A stretch of DNA of 64,000 nucleotides, from the NCBI GenBank assembly GCA_019637585.1, contig JAHBVL010000003.1:27827-91826 (forward strand). The letters run 5' to 3'. This DNA comes from Thermomicrobiales bacterium (lineage in GTDB: Bacteria > Chloroflexota > Chloroflexia > Thermomicrobiales > UBA6265). Positions 48,728 to 58,515 of the stretch are shown piece after piece; positions within the stretch are counted from its first letter, which is position 1; the number at the start of each line of letters is the position of its first letter. The translations under genes and the position numbers were made by a program. Below the pieces are notes generated by a model. It was given only the letters and a program-made list of their open reading frames with translations. It made no database searches and was not told the origin of the DNA.

Positions 48728-50175
48728 GTATGGAATGATTTGTCAACCCAGCGGGCGCCTGTCCTTCTTTCAGTCGTCGTCGTTCTCCTTTCGTTCATGA
48801 TCGTGCTCGTGTGGCGCAGTGTGGTGAAACCGGCGGACGACCCACCAGGTCCAGCGACGATGGATCACCCTGGTATACGCGGATTGGCTACCGCATGATC
48901 ATGATCCGTCTGGGGCTGCCTCGCTCTTTGGGCGCGGATTGGGTACCGCAAGGCAAAGGCCGAGGGTTCCCCGACATCGGCTGCGGCTCCTCCGCCGGCA
49001 TCACCACACCACGCTGTTCGGTGTCAGGCACTCCTCCCAAGCTGTCCAATCGCCCAGATGAAACCAGCCAGCGCCCGGGCCACGGCAATGATCGCCACCT
49101 GCCGCGGTTTACCCCGATTGACCAGTTTCCAGTAGATCGTGTGCAAGCGGACCCTCGCCTTGTGGGCGATCTCTTCCGCCGGGGTTGTCGGCTTCGGTCG
49201 GTTGCTCCCTTTATAGGGTCGTGTGTAGTGCCAGGCCGCCTCCACCAGCAGGAAGCGCAGGTGGGCATTGCCCGTCCGGGTGATCGATCCCCGGCTCTGC
49301 CGACCTCCGCTGGAGTGCTCCCGGGGCACCGTTCCGTTGTAGGCCATGTAGGCCGGCGCCGAGTCAAAGCGGGTCAGATCACCCGACTCGGCCACAATCC
49401 CGGCTGCCGTCACCACGCCCACCCCATGCAGGGCTTGCAGATTGACCATGGTCTCGGCCATGCTGCTCTCCAGGCTGGCGGTCGTCAGGGCCGCCGTCAA
49501 CCGCTTCACCCGGTCTTCCGCACTCCGCACCGCCTGCCGATCATCCTCCAGCACGAACTGGGCGGTGGCGTCCGGAACGGTCACCTCCTCCAGCCACCGC
49601 CACCACCGTTGCGTCCATCGCGATCCTGCCGGTTCCGTCACCCCCTGCTGGGTCAGCAACTTCAACAGCCGTTGCCGCTGCCGGTGTTGATCGCGCACCG
49701 CCTGCTCGCGGGCTCGCGACAGCGCCCGAAATCCCTCCAGCTCCCGACTCGGCAGCGGCACCGCCGTCAGCAACCCCGTGCTTAGCAGGTGCGCCAACTG
49801 CCGCGCGTCCCGCCGGTCGTTCTTGATCCGGTCTCCCGGTCGTCGCGGGATCAGCGCCGGCGCCACCACCACGCAGGCAATCTCCATCTTCGCTAGCTGT
49901 CGGGCGATCCCATAGCCGCACGGTCCCGCTTCGTAGCAGACCCTCAGCTCCTCTCGCGCTCCCCAGCTGGGCACCCGTTTGGCCAGCTGGTCCGGTCGAT
50001 TCGGAAAGGTCCCCAGTTCTCGAATCTCCCCATCCGCCGTGATCGCCGCCGCTGTGATCGTCTCCTTATGCGCATCCAGTCCAATCCATGTGCTACCGTG
50101 TGCCATGACCGATCTCCTGTCGCGTGTAGCTCGGCGCGCCCTGTGCGCGCAACCTACGATAGTTCGCGTCCACGG
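48725..50175 (-). mobile_element. IS110-family insertion sequence (boundaries approximate)
   Basis: Contains the IS110 transposase gene; imperfect inverted ends atggaatga (48727-48735, 50163-50171); both sides abut heptamer-repeat sequence (ttgccct... left, ttttgcc... right). Confidence 0.6.
49024..50106 (-). CDS. IS110 family transposase (DEDD-type)
   Basis: 360-aa ORF MAHGSTWIGLDAHKETI...N-terminal DEDD domain and C-terminal Transposase_20-like region characteristic of IS110. Confidence 0.85.
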   Translation of the reverse strand: MAHGSTWIGLDAHKETITAAAITADGEIRELGTFPNRPDQLAKRVPSWGAREELRVCYEAGPCGYGIARQLAKMEIACVVVAPALIPRRPGDRIKNDRRDARQLAHLLSTGLLTAVPLPSRELEGFRALSRAREQAVRDQHRQRQRLLKLLTQQGVTEPAGSRWTQRWWRWLEEVTVPDATAQFVLEDDRQAVRSAEDRVKRLTAALTTASLESSMAETMVNLQALHGVGVVTAAGIVAESGDLTRFDSAPAYMAYNGTVPREHSSGGRQSRGSITRTGNAHLRFLLVEAAWHYTRPYKGSNRPKPTTPAEEIAHKARVRLHTIYWKLVNRGKPRQVAIIAVARALAGFIWAIGQLGRSA

Positions 50176-50185
50176 GGTCGGTCAT

Positions 50186-50232
50186 TCCATTGTCTCTTTT
50201 GCCTTTTGCCTTTTACCCTCCGCCCCGTACGT
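50186..50232. repeat. Short heptamer array ttttgcc x2-3 (rc of the ggcaaaa family) at the right flank of the IS110 element
   Basis: Direct reading: tctcttttgccttttgccttttaccctccgcc. Confidence 0.7.
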
Positions 50233-50278
50233 ATACTTCCCCCAGTGACATTCCCGCTCTGTCGCCGGATACTGCCCC

Positions 50279-52354
50279 ATGCCCCGCTGGTTGCCCGAGC
50301 AAAGCCAGATCACTGCTCCAGACATCGCCTCGCGCATCGCCGGGACGCTGAATGCGCTTCGCGACCAGATCCTCCTGAGGACGGCCGGCCGGGAGAGTGC
50401 CGACCGTCGCTGGGCAACGCGGTGGATGAGCCTCTTCTGGTCGATCGCCATCGGCATCATCGCCACGCTGCTGCCGCTGAGTATCCTGGCCGTCCTCCGG
50501 CCGGCCGCCGACGCGCCAGTCGGCGCCATCCTGGCCATTGTGCTGGTGGCGCTGGTCGCGTATGTCGCCGACTGGAAGGGTGGATCGGCCAGCATTGCCG
50601 CGGCAGCCATTGTCATCTCCCGCTGGGCCGTCAAGGACGGAGCCGAACCCGAGATCGCCATGCGCTATCTCATCACCTCCCTGCTGGTCGCCGGCATCGC
50701 CATCGTCGCCCTCATCGAACGACTCAAAACCGAGGGATCGATCGACCGCCAGGAAGCGCTTGCCGCGCGGTCCGCGGCCACGGCCTTGGCAGCCGTCGAA
50801 ACGGTAGCCGCAACCCACCAGAAACTCAGCCCCGACGCCCGCACCCAGCTTCATCACGCCATTGTGCGCTCAGTCGTCGGCGTCAACCGGGCGCATGCGG
50901 GCGCTCTCGTGCTGGCCGATCCGGAATCGGGAGATCTCGAACCCGCCGCCCTGTATGGCTTCGGCGCCAACGCGGAAGAGGCCCTGCGGGCAGACGCCGC
51001 GACCGATGACGGATTCGTCGCCCGGATACGTCAGGAACGGCGCACCCTTCAGCTGAGCGGTATTCAGCGCACGTCCGGCGATCGCTACGCGGGAGTGCGC
51101 CGCACCCGCGTGAAGTCGATGCTCGGCTCGCCGGTGATCTCGCAGGACGACATGGTCCTCGGCGTCATTCTGGTCGGGTTGCTCGTCGATCATCATTTCA
51201 CCCCCCGTGAAGTCCGCAAACTCGATGCGCTGGCGTCGCAGGTCGCCTCGATTCTGGAAACGATGAGCGTCATGGACCGGCGGGAGTTCCAGCTGCAACA
51301 GGCCCAGGACGAGCAACGCCGGTTGGAGCAGGTCATCGCCACCGTACCGGAAGCGTTGATCGTTTCGGCCCCTCCGTCCGGGGAGATCATCGCCATGAAC
51401 GAAGCTGCTCAGGAGCTCTTCCGCGGCGTCGACTCCGGATCGATCCTGCTCAGCGTCAAACCGGTCGACACCGACGACAGCATCCTCTCCCCCACCGAGC
51501 GGGCGCTGACCTTCGGTGAGAGCGCAAATGATGTGGAGTGCCTGATCGAGCGGTCCGAAACCGACAAAATCCCGGTCCTGGCGAGCGCCGCGCCTATTCG
51601 CGATGACGAAGGAACAGTGGTCGCTGTCGTCTCGGCGTTCCGAGATATCAGCGCGCTCAAGGAAGCGGCGAGATTGAAGGACGAATTCGTCTCCGTCGTC
51701 TCGCACGAGCTCCGCTCGCCTCTGACCCCCATCCGGGGTTTCGTACAGCTCGTCGCACGTGACCTCTCCCGTGAGGGTGGGCACGATACGCAGGTGCACC
51801 GGCTCGAATCGGTTTCGGGACACGTCGACCGGCTCACCCGCCTCGTCGACGATCTCCTCGATGTCTCACGGCTCCGGTCCGGGACGCTGGAAATCCGCCC
51901 GGTTCCGACTGACCTCGTCGACCTGACGAAAAAAGTGGTCGAGGCCTGGGCAGGTGGCACGTCTCCCGTGGCCATCACACTGGAATCCGATGAAACGTCG
52001 CTGGAGGGCCATTGGGATCCCGACCGGATTCACCAGGTGCTCGACAATCTGGTGATCAACGCCGTCAAGTACAGCCCACCGGGCGCCGCGGTGGTCATGT
52101 CACTCTCGCGCGAGGAAAACGCAGCGGTGATCGGCGTGAAGGACCAGGGACCAGGTATCGACGACGTCCAGAAAGCCGAAATCTTCGGCGCTTTCTATCG
52201 AACCCCCGATGCTCGCGAGGGTCAGGTTCAGGGTCTGGGTCTGGGACTCTTCATCTGCCAGGCGCTCGTCGCCGAACACGGCGGCTCGATCGATCTGGTA
52301 TCAGCTCCGGGAGAAGGTTCGACGTTTATCGTCAGGTTGCCGACTAGTGCATAG
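50279..52354 (+). CDS. Sensor histidine kinase (TM, GAF, PAS, HisKA, HATPase_c)
   Basis: N-terminal TM helices, GAF-like and PAS-like regions, H-box SHELRSPL, then N/G1/G2 boxes (NAVKYS, DQGPGI, GLGLGL). Confidence 0.8.
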   Translation: MPRWLPEQSQITAPDIASRIAGTLNALRDQILLRTAGRESADRRWATRWMSLFWSIAIGIIATLLPLSILAVLRPAADAPVGAILAIVLVALVAYVADWKGGSASIAAAAIVISRWAVKDGAEPEIAMRYLITSLLVAGIAIVALIERLKTEGSIDRQEALAARSAATALAAVETVAATHQKLSPDARTQLHHAIVRSVVGVNRAHAGALVLADPESGDLEPAALYGFGANAEEALRADAATDDGFVARIRQERRTLQLSGIQRTSGDRYAGVRRTRVKSMLGSPVISQDDMVLGVILVGLLVDHHFTPREVRKLDALASQVASILETMSVMDRREFQLQQAQDEQRRLEQVIATVPEALIVSAPPSGEIIAMNEAAQELFRGVDSGSILLSVKPVDTDDSILSPTERALTFGESANDVECLIERSETDKIPVLASAAPIRDDEGTVVAVVSAFRDISALKEAARLKDEFVSVVSHELRSPLTPIRGFVQLVARDLSREGGHDTQVHRLESVSGHVDRLTRLVDDLLDVSRLRSGTLEIRPVPTDLVDLTKKVVEAWAGGTSPVAITLESDETSLEGHWDPDRIHQVLDNLVINAVKYSPPGAAVVMSLSREENAAVIGVKDQGPGIDDVQKAEIFGAFYRTPDAREGQVQGLGLGLFICQALVAEHGGSIDLVSAPGEGSTFIVRLPTSA

Positions 52355-52478
52355 TTGATAGTGCATAGTTGATAGTGCATAGTTCATAGCAGATAGTTGA
52401 TAGTGCGTGGTAGCTGCTCGACGGACGCAATCTATCGACCATCAACTATCGACTATCGACTATGAACTATGAACTACC
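52347..52478. repeat. Inverted pair of heptamer arrays (catagtt/gatagtg x8, and rc units aactatc/gactatc/gaactat x6) between convergent genes; the stop codons of both flanking genes lie inside the arrays
   Basis: Direct reading; same heptamer family as 16452-16596. Confidence 0.85.
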
Positions 52479-54498
52479 GATACCTCACCCGACTCGGCAT
52501 CGGGCGCCGCACGGGGATCATCCGGGTCTTGCGCCTCGACAATCCCTGCGAGATCAGCAGTCCGGCTGAGATGAGCGCAATCAGCGCCAGGAGACCGACG
52601 AGGAAGGGGTTGTACGAGCGGGTCGATCCAACCACCATCGGCGCGGGAACTCCCACCACATAGCGTGAAAGCTCGGTGACCTCGGTCGTGACGCTCCCCT
52701 GATCGGCATCGACGACTGGCATCAGCTTGGCCATCGCTCCATCGATGCGATAGATCCTGGCCGAGGGGTCGGAGCTTGCGGAGTCGAGGGCGATTGTGAG
52801 TTGCGCGGGAGCCGTCAGCGGCTCGGCGGCGGTTCCGTCCGCTGCACTGAACGCCACATCGAACGCGGTTCCCGGTACGAGCGTCACCCCATTGATCGCG
52901 GGAAGATCGTGATCGGCGATCGGTTTCAGCATCACGGTCGTCTGGTCGACCAGCGCACCCTGCGGCACGATGATCCGGGCCCCAGCGGGATTCTCCAGAA
53001 CACCACCAGGACTGCCCATCGAGAGGGCCACGATACCGTCGGCGCCAGTCGCTGGTCCGAGATCGGCTTCGGCGGCCGCGTTGGCCTTGGCGGCCGAATC
53101 CTGAGCGCTCGCCGCCGACGCGACGGTCACATCGCCGCTCTCCGCGACGGCCGACTGAATGCCATACCCATAGTCAGGAGCATTCGCCTCCGGTCCGCCG
53201 CTGGCGTCGCCAGAGAAACCGGACGGATTGGCAATCGCCCGCAACACGACCGATGGATCGACGCCAACGACGCCGGTGCCGTCTCCCATCAACCCACTGT
53301 CGATCTCTTCGGCGGCAGCCTCGTCGACATTGCCATCGACGTCTTCGGTGACGGCATCGACCGCGCATTCGTCGAGGAAGGTGTCGCTCATATCGAAAAC
53401 AGAGAGGTAGTAGGTACCCGGTTCATCCGGAGCCAGCCACCCGAGGACCGCCGATGAGTTCCGGGAGAGCGTGCCTCCCAGGTTGGCATCTCCCTCGGCA
53501 GTCGTATCGAACCCCGTGTTTGGCGATTCCGCCGGGAAGAGCCCGCCGGAGGCCACAACCACCATCGAGCCGCTGCCGGAAAGCACGATCTGCCCACGAT
53601 GCCCGATGGTGACCGCAGGCGGGCACTCCAGGGTCGCTTCGACACTCTCCCCTTCGGAAAGGAACCCCTCCAGGTAGGTGCTGGAACTGCCCAGCTCAGC
53701 GCCGGATTCGGGGTCGTACGCCACAAAGTAGATCTTCGCGTCCGATTCGTACTGCGGGGCAACCCAGTCGGTTGTGCCCCCCGCTTCAAGGATGACGGTG
53801 TTCTCGCCCGTTGCCGTGAAGTACCCATCCTGCGCCGTCAGCAGCACGTTTCCTTCGCCAGTGACGCCGATCGCGGCAGTCTGGCCGGACTGGACGGTGG
53901 CCGGAGCGCCGATCGTCACCGAGCGGCCCGAGGGCACATCGACCGGGCCGCCGTTTCCTTCGTTGCTGCCGGATGCCGGCGGCGTGACCAACACCAGACT
54001 ATTGGCCAGCGACAGCGAATCCGAACCGGTCATATTCTGGCTGTCGACCGTGTAGACCACGTTGCCGATCTTCCAGTAGACGAGATCGTAAGCCGGGGTC
54101 TGATCGCGCCACGCCGGGTAACCCATCACGGTGGCGTTCTGCTGCAGTTGGTTGTTTCGGTCGTAGATCGAGTAAGCCGGAATCGTGCCGCCCGCTTCAC
54201 CCGCCACCCGTAAATAGGTGACCGGGGCGCCGGGAATCAGCCAGTAGAAGCTGTAGAAACCGCTGTACGCCTGAATCTCCGGCTCACCACCGAACGGGGA
54301 AGGAATCCAGGAGGGCGCATAGACATTGATGCCTACGGCGAGTCTCGACGCCGACCCCGAGCTCAGCCAGTCGGGATTCTGCGCGGACTGAAATGCGCCG
54401 GATTGCGGCTGATTTGGCGCCGCCAGAAGCGTTCCGGGAGTTCCCAGCAGAATCAGCGCCGCGCAAAGGAGTACGAGCCAGCGGTGACGGAAGTTCAT
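52474..54498 (-). CDS. Large secreted/cell-surface protein of unknown function (signal peptide plus C-terminal TM anchor)
   Basis: 674-aa ORF; N-terminal signal MNFRHRWLVLLCAALILLGTPGTLLAAP; Gly/Ser/Thr/Ala/Val-rich beta-like body; C-terminal hydrophobic helix followed by RRKTR. Confidence 0.55.
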   Translation of the reverse strand: MNFRHRWLVLLCAALILLGTPGTLLAAPNQPQSGAFQSAQNPDWLSSGSASRLAVGINVYAPSWIPSPFGGEPEIQAYSGFYSFYWLIPGAPVTYLRVAGEAGGTIPAYSIYDRNNQLQQNATVMGYPAWRDQTPAYDLVYWKIGNVVYTVDSQNMTGSDSLSLANSLVLVTPPASGSNEGNGGPVDVPSGRSVTIGAPATVQSGQTAAIGVTGEGNVLLTAQDGYFTATGENTVILEAGGTTDWVAPQYESDAKIYFVAYDPESGAELGSSSTYLEGFLSEGESVEATLECPPAVTIGHRGQIVLSGSGSMVVVASGGLFPAESPNTGFDTTAEGDANLGGTLSRNSSAVLGWLAPDEPGTYYLSVFDMSDTFLDECAVDAVTEDVDGNVDEAAAEEIDSGLMGDGTGVVGVDPSVVLRAIANPSGFSGDASGGPEANAPDYGYGIQSAVAESGDVTVASAASAQDSAAKANAAAEADLGPATGADGIVALSMGSPGGVLENPAGARIIVPQGALVDQTTVMLKPIADHDLPAINGVTLVPGTAFDVAFSAADGTAAEPLTAPAQLTIALDSASSDPSARIYRIDGAMAKLMPVVDADQGSVTTEVTELSRYVVGVPAPMVVGSTRSYNPFLVGLLALIALISAGLLISQGLSRRKTRMIPVRRPMPSRVRYR

Positions 54499-54830
54499 GC
54501 CTGTTCCGGATCGACTTCAACAGTCTTCACATTCTCCGCAGGTGACTGCCTCGGTAGAATGGCGCTGCTGAGTACGGGTAATGCAAACGAACACGCTCTT
54601 GTTGCGGAAGTCAGCCACCAGACTCCACACGCCTAGAGAGTACCATCTTCGGTCGGAGGGAGCGACCTTCGCGTGGTTCCAAATTCGCGATCAGCCTCCA
54701 CAAATATGCAGCAATAAGCCAGCGGCGGCGTTTCGCTGGACGCCAGCACTTTCGCGCTCTAAAGTTCTGACGCTACCACGAGGCAAGCAGGTTCTTCGGA
54801 GCGCGGAGAACCGCAGTTTTTGACAGGACG

Positions 54831-56549
54831 ATGAGAATGGCGAACACCATCACTCGAAGTTTCGTGACAGCTGCGCTGTCTGGTCAATTGAACCGGCGAC
54901 AGATCCTCGAACGGGGACTGGCGCTGGGTGTTTCGACACCCCTCATCGCCGCCTTGATGAAGCGCACGCCTGCCTCTGCGGCGCCGGCGCCACAGTCACA
55001 ACGCTGGCGATCGGGACTGCAGTTCGAGGACAACGGCACCCTCAATGTCATCATTTCGTCCGGCACCAACGACATCGACCCTCATTCCACCTACTCGACA
55101 ATGGGCAGCGCCATCGCTCTCGGGTCCTACGAGATGCTCGTTCGGTACCAAGGCGACTCGACAGAGGTTGTCAAACCCTTCCTCGCCGAATCATTCGAGG
55201 CCAACGAAGACAACACCCTCTTCACTTTCACACTTCCCGAAAACGTCCTGTTCCATGACGGCACCGTGTGCGACGCGCAAGCCGTCAAGGACTCGATGAT
55301 CCGCTTCCGCCGTCTGGAGATGGGTCCCTACATTGTGCTGCAGCGATTCGTGGACGATCCAGAGAGCCAGATCGAGGTCGTCGATGCGCGAACCGTCACC
55401 TTCAGCATGACCCGGCCGCAACCGCTCTTTCTCGCCGCGATGGCGTCCTCCTACGGGCCATTTGTGGTCTCGCCGGCGGCATGGGCGGAAAACGCCACCG
55501 AGGACGACCCCTGGGCGCACGAGTTCATCAGCTTCAATGCGGTTGGCACCGGTCCCTACCGGCTCGTCGAGAACATCACCACCGAGCTGGTCCGGTTCGA
55601 GAAGTTCGACGAATACCATCGCGGTTGGGAGGGCCCCCACTTCTCCGAAGTGGTGATGCGGGTCGTCAACGAGAACTCGACGCGCCGGCAGTTGTTGGAA
55701 GAGGGAACCAGCGATGCCATCACCAGTCTGCTCACGGGCGAAGATGTGCAGGCGCTGAGCGAGAATCCAAACCTGACCACCATGATCTATCCCACAACCC
55801 GCGTCAACTGGGCGATTCTCAACGCGGTGCGCCTGGGTGTGGACGCTCGGCGGGGTCTCTCCTACGCCTTCCCCTACGACGAAGTCATCGAGGGCTCCTA
55901 CAGCGGCATGCTGGAGCGCTCTGGTCCGATCCCGTCGACTGTTCGGGGCGCCGATCCCGACGTCTTCCTCTACCCGACCGATCTCGACCGGGCCGCCGAG
56001 CTCCTGACTGCCGGCGGATTCCCGGCAGGTTCCTCGTTCGACATGCTCGTGGTCTCCGAAACGGTCGAAGACACCATCACGGCACAGCTGTTCCAGGCGT
56101 CCCTGGCCCAGATCGGCATCGACCTTTCGATCACCGAGATCGACCTGGCGACCTATGAGGAAATCATCTTCGGCGATGCGCCCGCCGAAGAAAAAGAAAC
56201 GATCCTCGGTTCGTGGGAGTGGTGGCCGGACTACAACGATGCCCACAATCAGCTTGCGCCCAACTTCCTCGAGTCCGCCATCGGCGGCGGCGGAAGCAAT
56301 GGCGGCGCATGGGTCAACGAGCGCTTCGAAGAGATCATGGCCGAAGCGGAAGTCTTCGAGAATGAGGATCAGCTTCTGGAGTTGATGAAGGAAGCGCAGC
56401 AGATCCTGACCGAGCTCGATCCTCCGGCCATCTACTATGGCGAAACCCTGATGTACACGATCCTCCAGAACGATATTCAGGGATTTGTGCCGAATCCCCT
56501 CTACCTGGAGTCCTATTTCTTCTACGATATGTACCGGGTCTCGGAGTAA
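54831..56549 (+). CDS. ABC transporter substrate-binding protein, family 5 (peptide/nickel) with Tat signal
   Basis: RRQILERGLALGVSTPLIAALM twin-arginine signal; SBP_bac_5-like body. Confidence 0.85.
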   Translation: MRMANTITRSFVTAALSGQLNRRQILERGLALGVSTPLIAALMKRTPASAAPAPQSQRWRSGLQFEDNGTLNVIISSGTNDIDPHSTYSTMGSAIALGSYEMLVRYQGDSTEVVKPFLAESFEANEDNTLFTFTLPENVLFHDGTVCDAQAVKDSMIRFRRLEMGPYIVLQRFVDDPESQIEVVDARTVTFSMTRPQPLFLAAMASSYGPFVVSPAAWAENATEDDPWAHEFISFNAVGTGPYRLVENITTELVRFEKFDEYHRGWEGPHFSEVVMRVVNENSTRRQLLEEGTSDAITSLLTGEDVQALSENPNLTTMIYPTTRVNWAILNAVRLGVDARRGLSYAFPYDEVIEGSYSGMLERSGPIPSTVRGADPDVFLYPTDLDRAAELLTAGGFPAGSSFDMLVVSETVEDTITAQLFQASLAQIGIDLSITEIDLATYEEIIFGDAPAEEKETILGSWEWWPDYNDAHNQLAPNFLESAIGGGGSNGGAWVNERFEEIMAEAEVFENEDQLLELMKEAQQILTELDPPAIYYGETLMYTILQNDIQGFVPNPLYLESYFFYDMYRVSE

Positions 56550-56582
56550 TCACGACGGGAAGATGCGACAGGGAAGCGCCGC

Positions 56583-57590
56583 ATGATCGCCAGACTCATC
56601 GTCCGCCGCCTCATGTTCACCGTCGTGGTGCTCCTGGGGCTCTCCCTGATGACATTCACCCTTTCCCACCTTGTTCCGGCCAATCCGGCCCGGTTGATCG
56701 CCGGGCCGCGCGCCAGCGCTTCGACGGTCGAGAAAATCGAAATCGAGTACGGTCTCGACCAGCCTCTACCACGACAGTATGTCAACTATATGAAGGGGGT
56801 CGTTCAACTCGATTTCGGCCGCTCCTTTTCATCCCGGAAACCGGTGAGCGAGGATCTGGCCCGGTACCTGCCGGCCACCATCGAGCTCGGACTCTACGCT
56901 TTTCTCCTGTCGACCCTCGCCGGTGTGCCGCTGGGCGTCGCATCGGCTGTGCGCCGCGATTCGTTCATCGATCACGTCAGCCGGATCATCTCGATTTCCG
57001 GTTTGGCCTTGCCGGTCTTCTGGCTGGCGCTCATGGCTCAGTTTCTCTTCTTTGGAAAGCTCGGCTGGTTGCCGGATGGGCGACGCCTGCCTGATTCGGT
57101 AAAGGCTCCTCCGGGCATCACCGGCCTCTACACCATTGACGCGCTGCTGGCCGGTCAATGGAGCACATTCGTCACCGCGGTCGAGCACCTGATCCTTCCC
57201 GTCGTGGTGCTGGCGTTCGGTTCGCTGGCAGTCACCACCCGGATGGTCCGGGCCGGCATGCTGGAGGTGCTCGATCAGGACTACATCCGCACGGCGCGAG
57301 CCAAAGGACTGGCCCGCCCGGCGGTGATCCGCAAACACGCGTTGAAAAACGCGCTCTTGCCCGCCGTGACGTCGATCGGGCTGCAGATCGGGCTCCTCCT
57401 CTCCGGAGCGTTCCTCGTCGAGATCGTCTTCTCCTGGCCCGGAATCGGGCGATACGCGGTCAATGCCATTCTGCAGATCGATTACAACGCCATCATGGCC
57501 ACCACGCTGGTCATCGCCGTCATTTTCGTCTTCCTCAATCTCCTGACCGATATCATCTACCTCTTCCTCGACCCACGGATCTCCTTCTGA
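56583..57590 (+). CDS. Peptide/nickel ABC transporter permease (DppB-like)
   Basis: 335-aa permease, typical N-terminal TM and EAA-like region IRTARAKGLARPAVIRKHALKNA. Confidence 0.85.
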   Translation: MIARLIVRRLMFTVVVLLGLSLMTFTLSHLVPANPARLIAGPRASASTVEKIEIEYGLDQPLPRQYVNYMKGVVQLDFGRSFSSRKPVSEDLARYLPATIELGLYAFLLSTLAGVPLGVASAVRRDSFIDHVSRIISISGLALPVFWLALMAQFLFFGKLGWLPDGRRLPDSVKAPPGITGLYTIDALLAGQWSTFVTAVEHLILPVVVLAFGSLAVTTRMVRAGMLEVLDQDYIRTARAKGLARPAVIRKHALKNALLPAVTSIGLQIGLLLSGAFLVEIVFSWPGIGRYAVNAILQIDYNAIMATTLVIAVIFVFLNLLTDIIYLFLDPRISF

Positions 57591-58504
57591 TGACGGCTGC
57601 CGATTTGACCAATATCGAGGCTATGGCGCCCACCCTGACGAAGTCGCGAACTCGTCAGGGTCAGCTCCGGCGCAATCTGAAGCGATTTCTCGTTGACAAC
57701 AAGCTCAATCTGATCGGGGCCATCATCGTCGCGGTCTTCCTCTTTCTGGCGCTATTCGGCGAATGGCTGACGCCCCATGATCCATACGCCGTGGACATCG
57801 TCAACGCCAAACTTCTGCCTCCGTCGACAGATCACCTGATGGGGACTGACGAGCTGGGGCGTGATGTCTTCAGCCGGATCATCATGGGTACCCGCATCTC
57901 GTTGCAGGTGGCGGTCGTTGTTCTCAGCTTCGCCGTCATTTTCGGCACCATCGTCGGACTGATCGCCGGGTATGCGGGGGGATTGGTCGATGAAATTCTG
58001 ATGCGCCTGACCGACATGTTCCTGGCGTTTCCAGCGCTCGTACTGGCAATCGCCATCTCCGCTTCGCTGGGCCGCAACCTGCGCAACACGATGATCGCGC
58101 TGGCCACCGTCTTCTGGCCCTGGTATGCCAGGCTGGTGCGAGCCCAGGTGCTCTCACTCAAGGAACGCGAGTTCGTCGAAGCGGCTCGCAGTCTCGGCAT
58201 GAGTCGAAACCGGCTGATTCTGAAGCACATCCTGCCGAATGTCGTCGCGGTGATCATCATCCAGATCACCATCGATGTCGGCTACGCGGTTCTGGCGACC
58301 AGCTCCCTCAGCTTCCTTGGGCTGGGCGCCCAACCACCATCCCCCGAATGGGGCACCATGCTCGCCTCGGCGCGCAACTACTTCCGGGACGCCTGGTGGT
58401 ACATGACCTTCCCCGGCATCGCGCTGACGTTGACCGTCTTTGCCTTCAATGTCCTTGGCGACGGATTGCAGGACGCGCTCAATCCCCGCTCAGGGTCTCG
58501 TTAG
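57590..58504 (+). CDS. Peptide/nickel ABC transporter permease (DppC-like)
   Basis: Start ATG overlaps the dppB-like stop (TGATG); MTAADLTN...GTDELGRDVFSRII motif typical of DppC; the 57158..58504 track ORF is an out-of-frame extension. Confidence 0.8.
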   Translation: MTAADLTNIEAMAPTLTKSRTRQGQLRRNLKRFLVDNKLNLIGAIIVAVFLFLALFGEWLTPHDPYAVDIVNAKLLPPSTDHLMGTDELGRDVFSRIIMGTRISLQVAVVVLSFAVIFGTIVGLIAGYAGGLVDEILMRLTDMFLAFPALVLAIAISASLGRNLRNTMIALATVFWPWYARLVRAQVLSLKEREFVEAARSLGMSRNRLILKHILPNVVAVIIIQITIDVGYAVLATSSLSFLGLGAQPPSPEWGTMLASARNYFRDAWWYMTFPGIALTLTVFAFNVLGDGLQDALNPRSGSR

Positions 58505-58515
58505 AGCAGCGCTGC

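Noticed and set aside
50068-51009. 313-aa plus-strand ORF overlapping the IS110 end and kinase start
   Set aside because: It is out of frame with the sensor kinase, Arg/Pro-rich low complexity, and spans the IS boundary.
57158-58504. 448-aa ORF-track call
   Set aside because: The first 144 codons are out of frame relative to the DppC-like permease and overlap the dppB-like gene. The real start is the ATG at 57590 overlapping the upstream stop.
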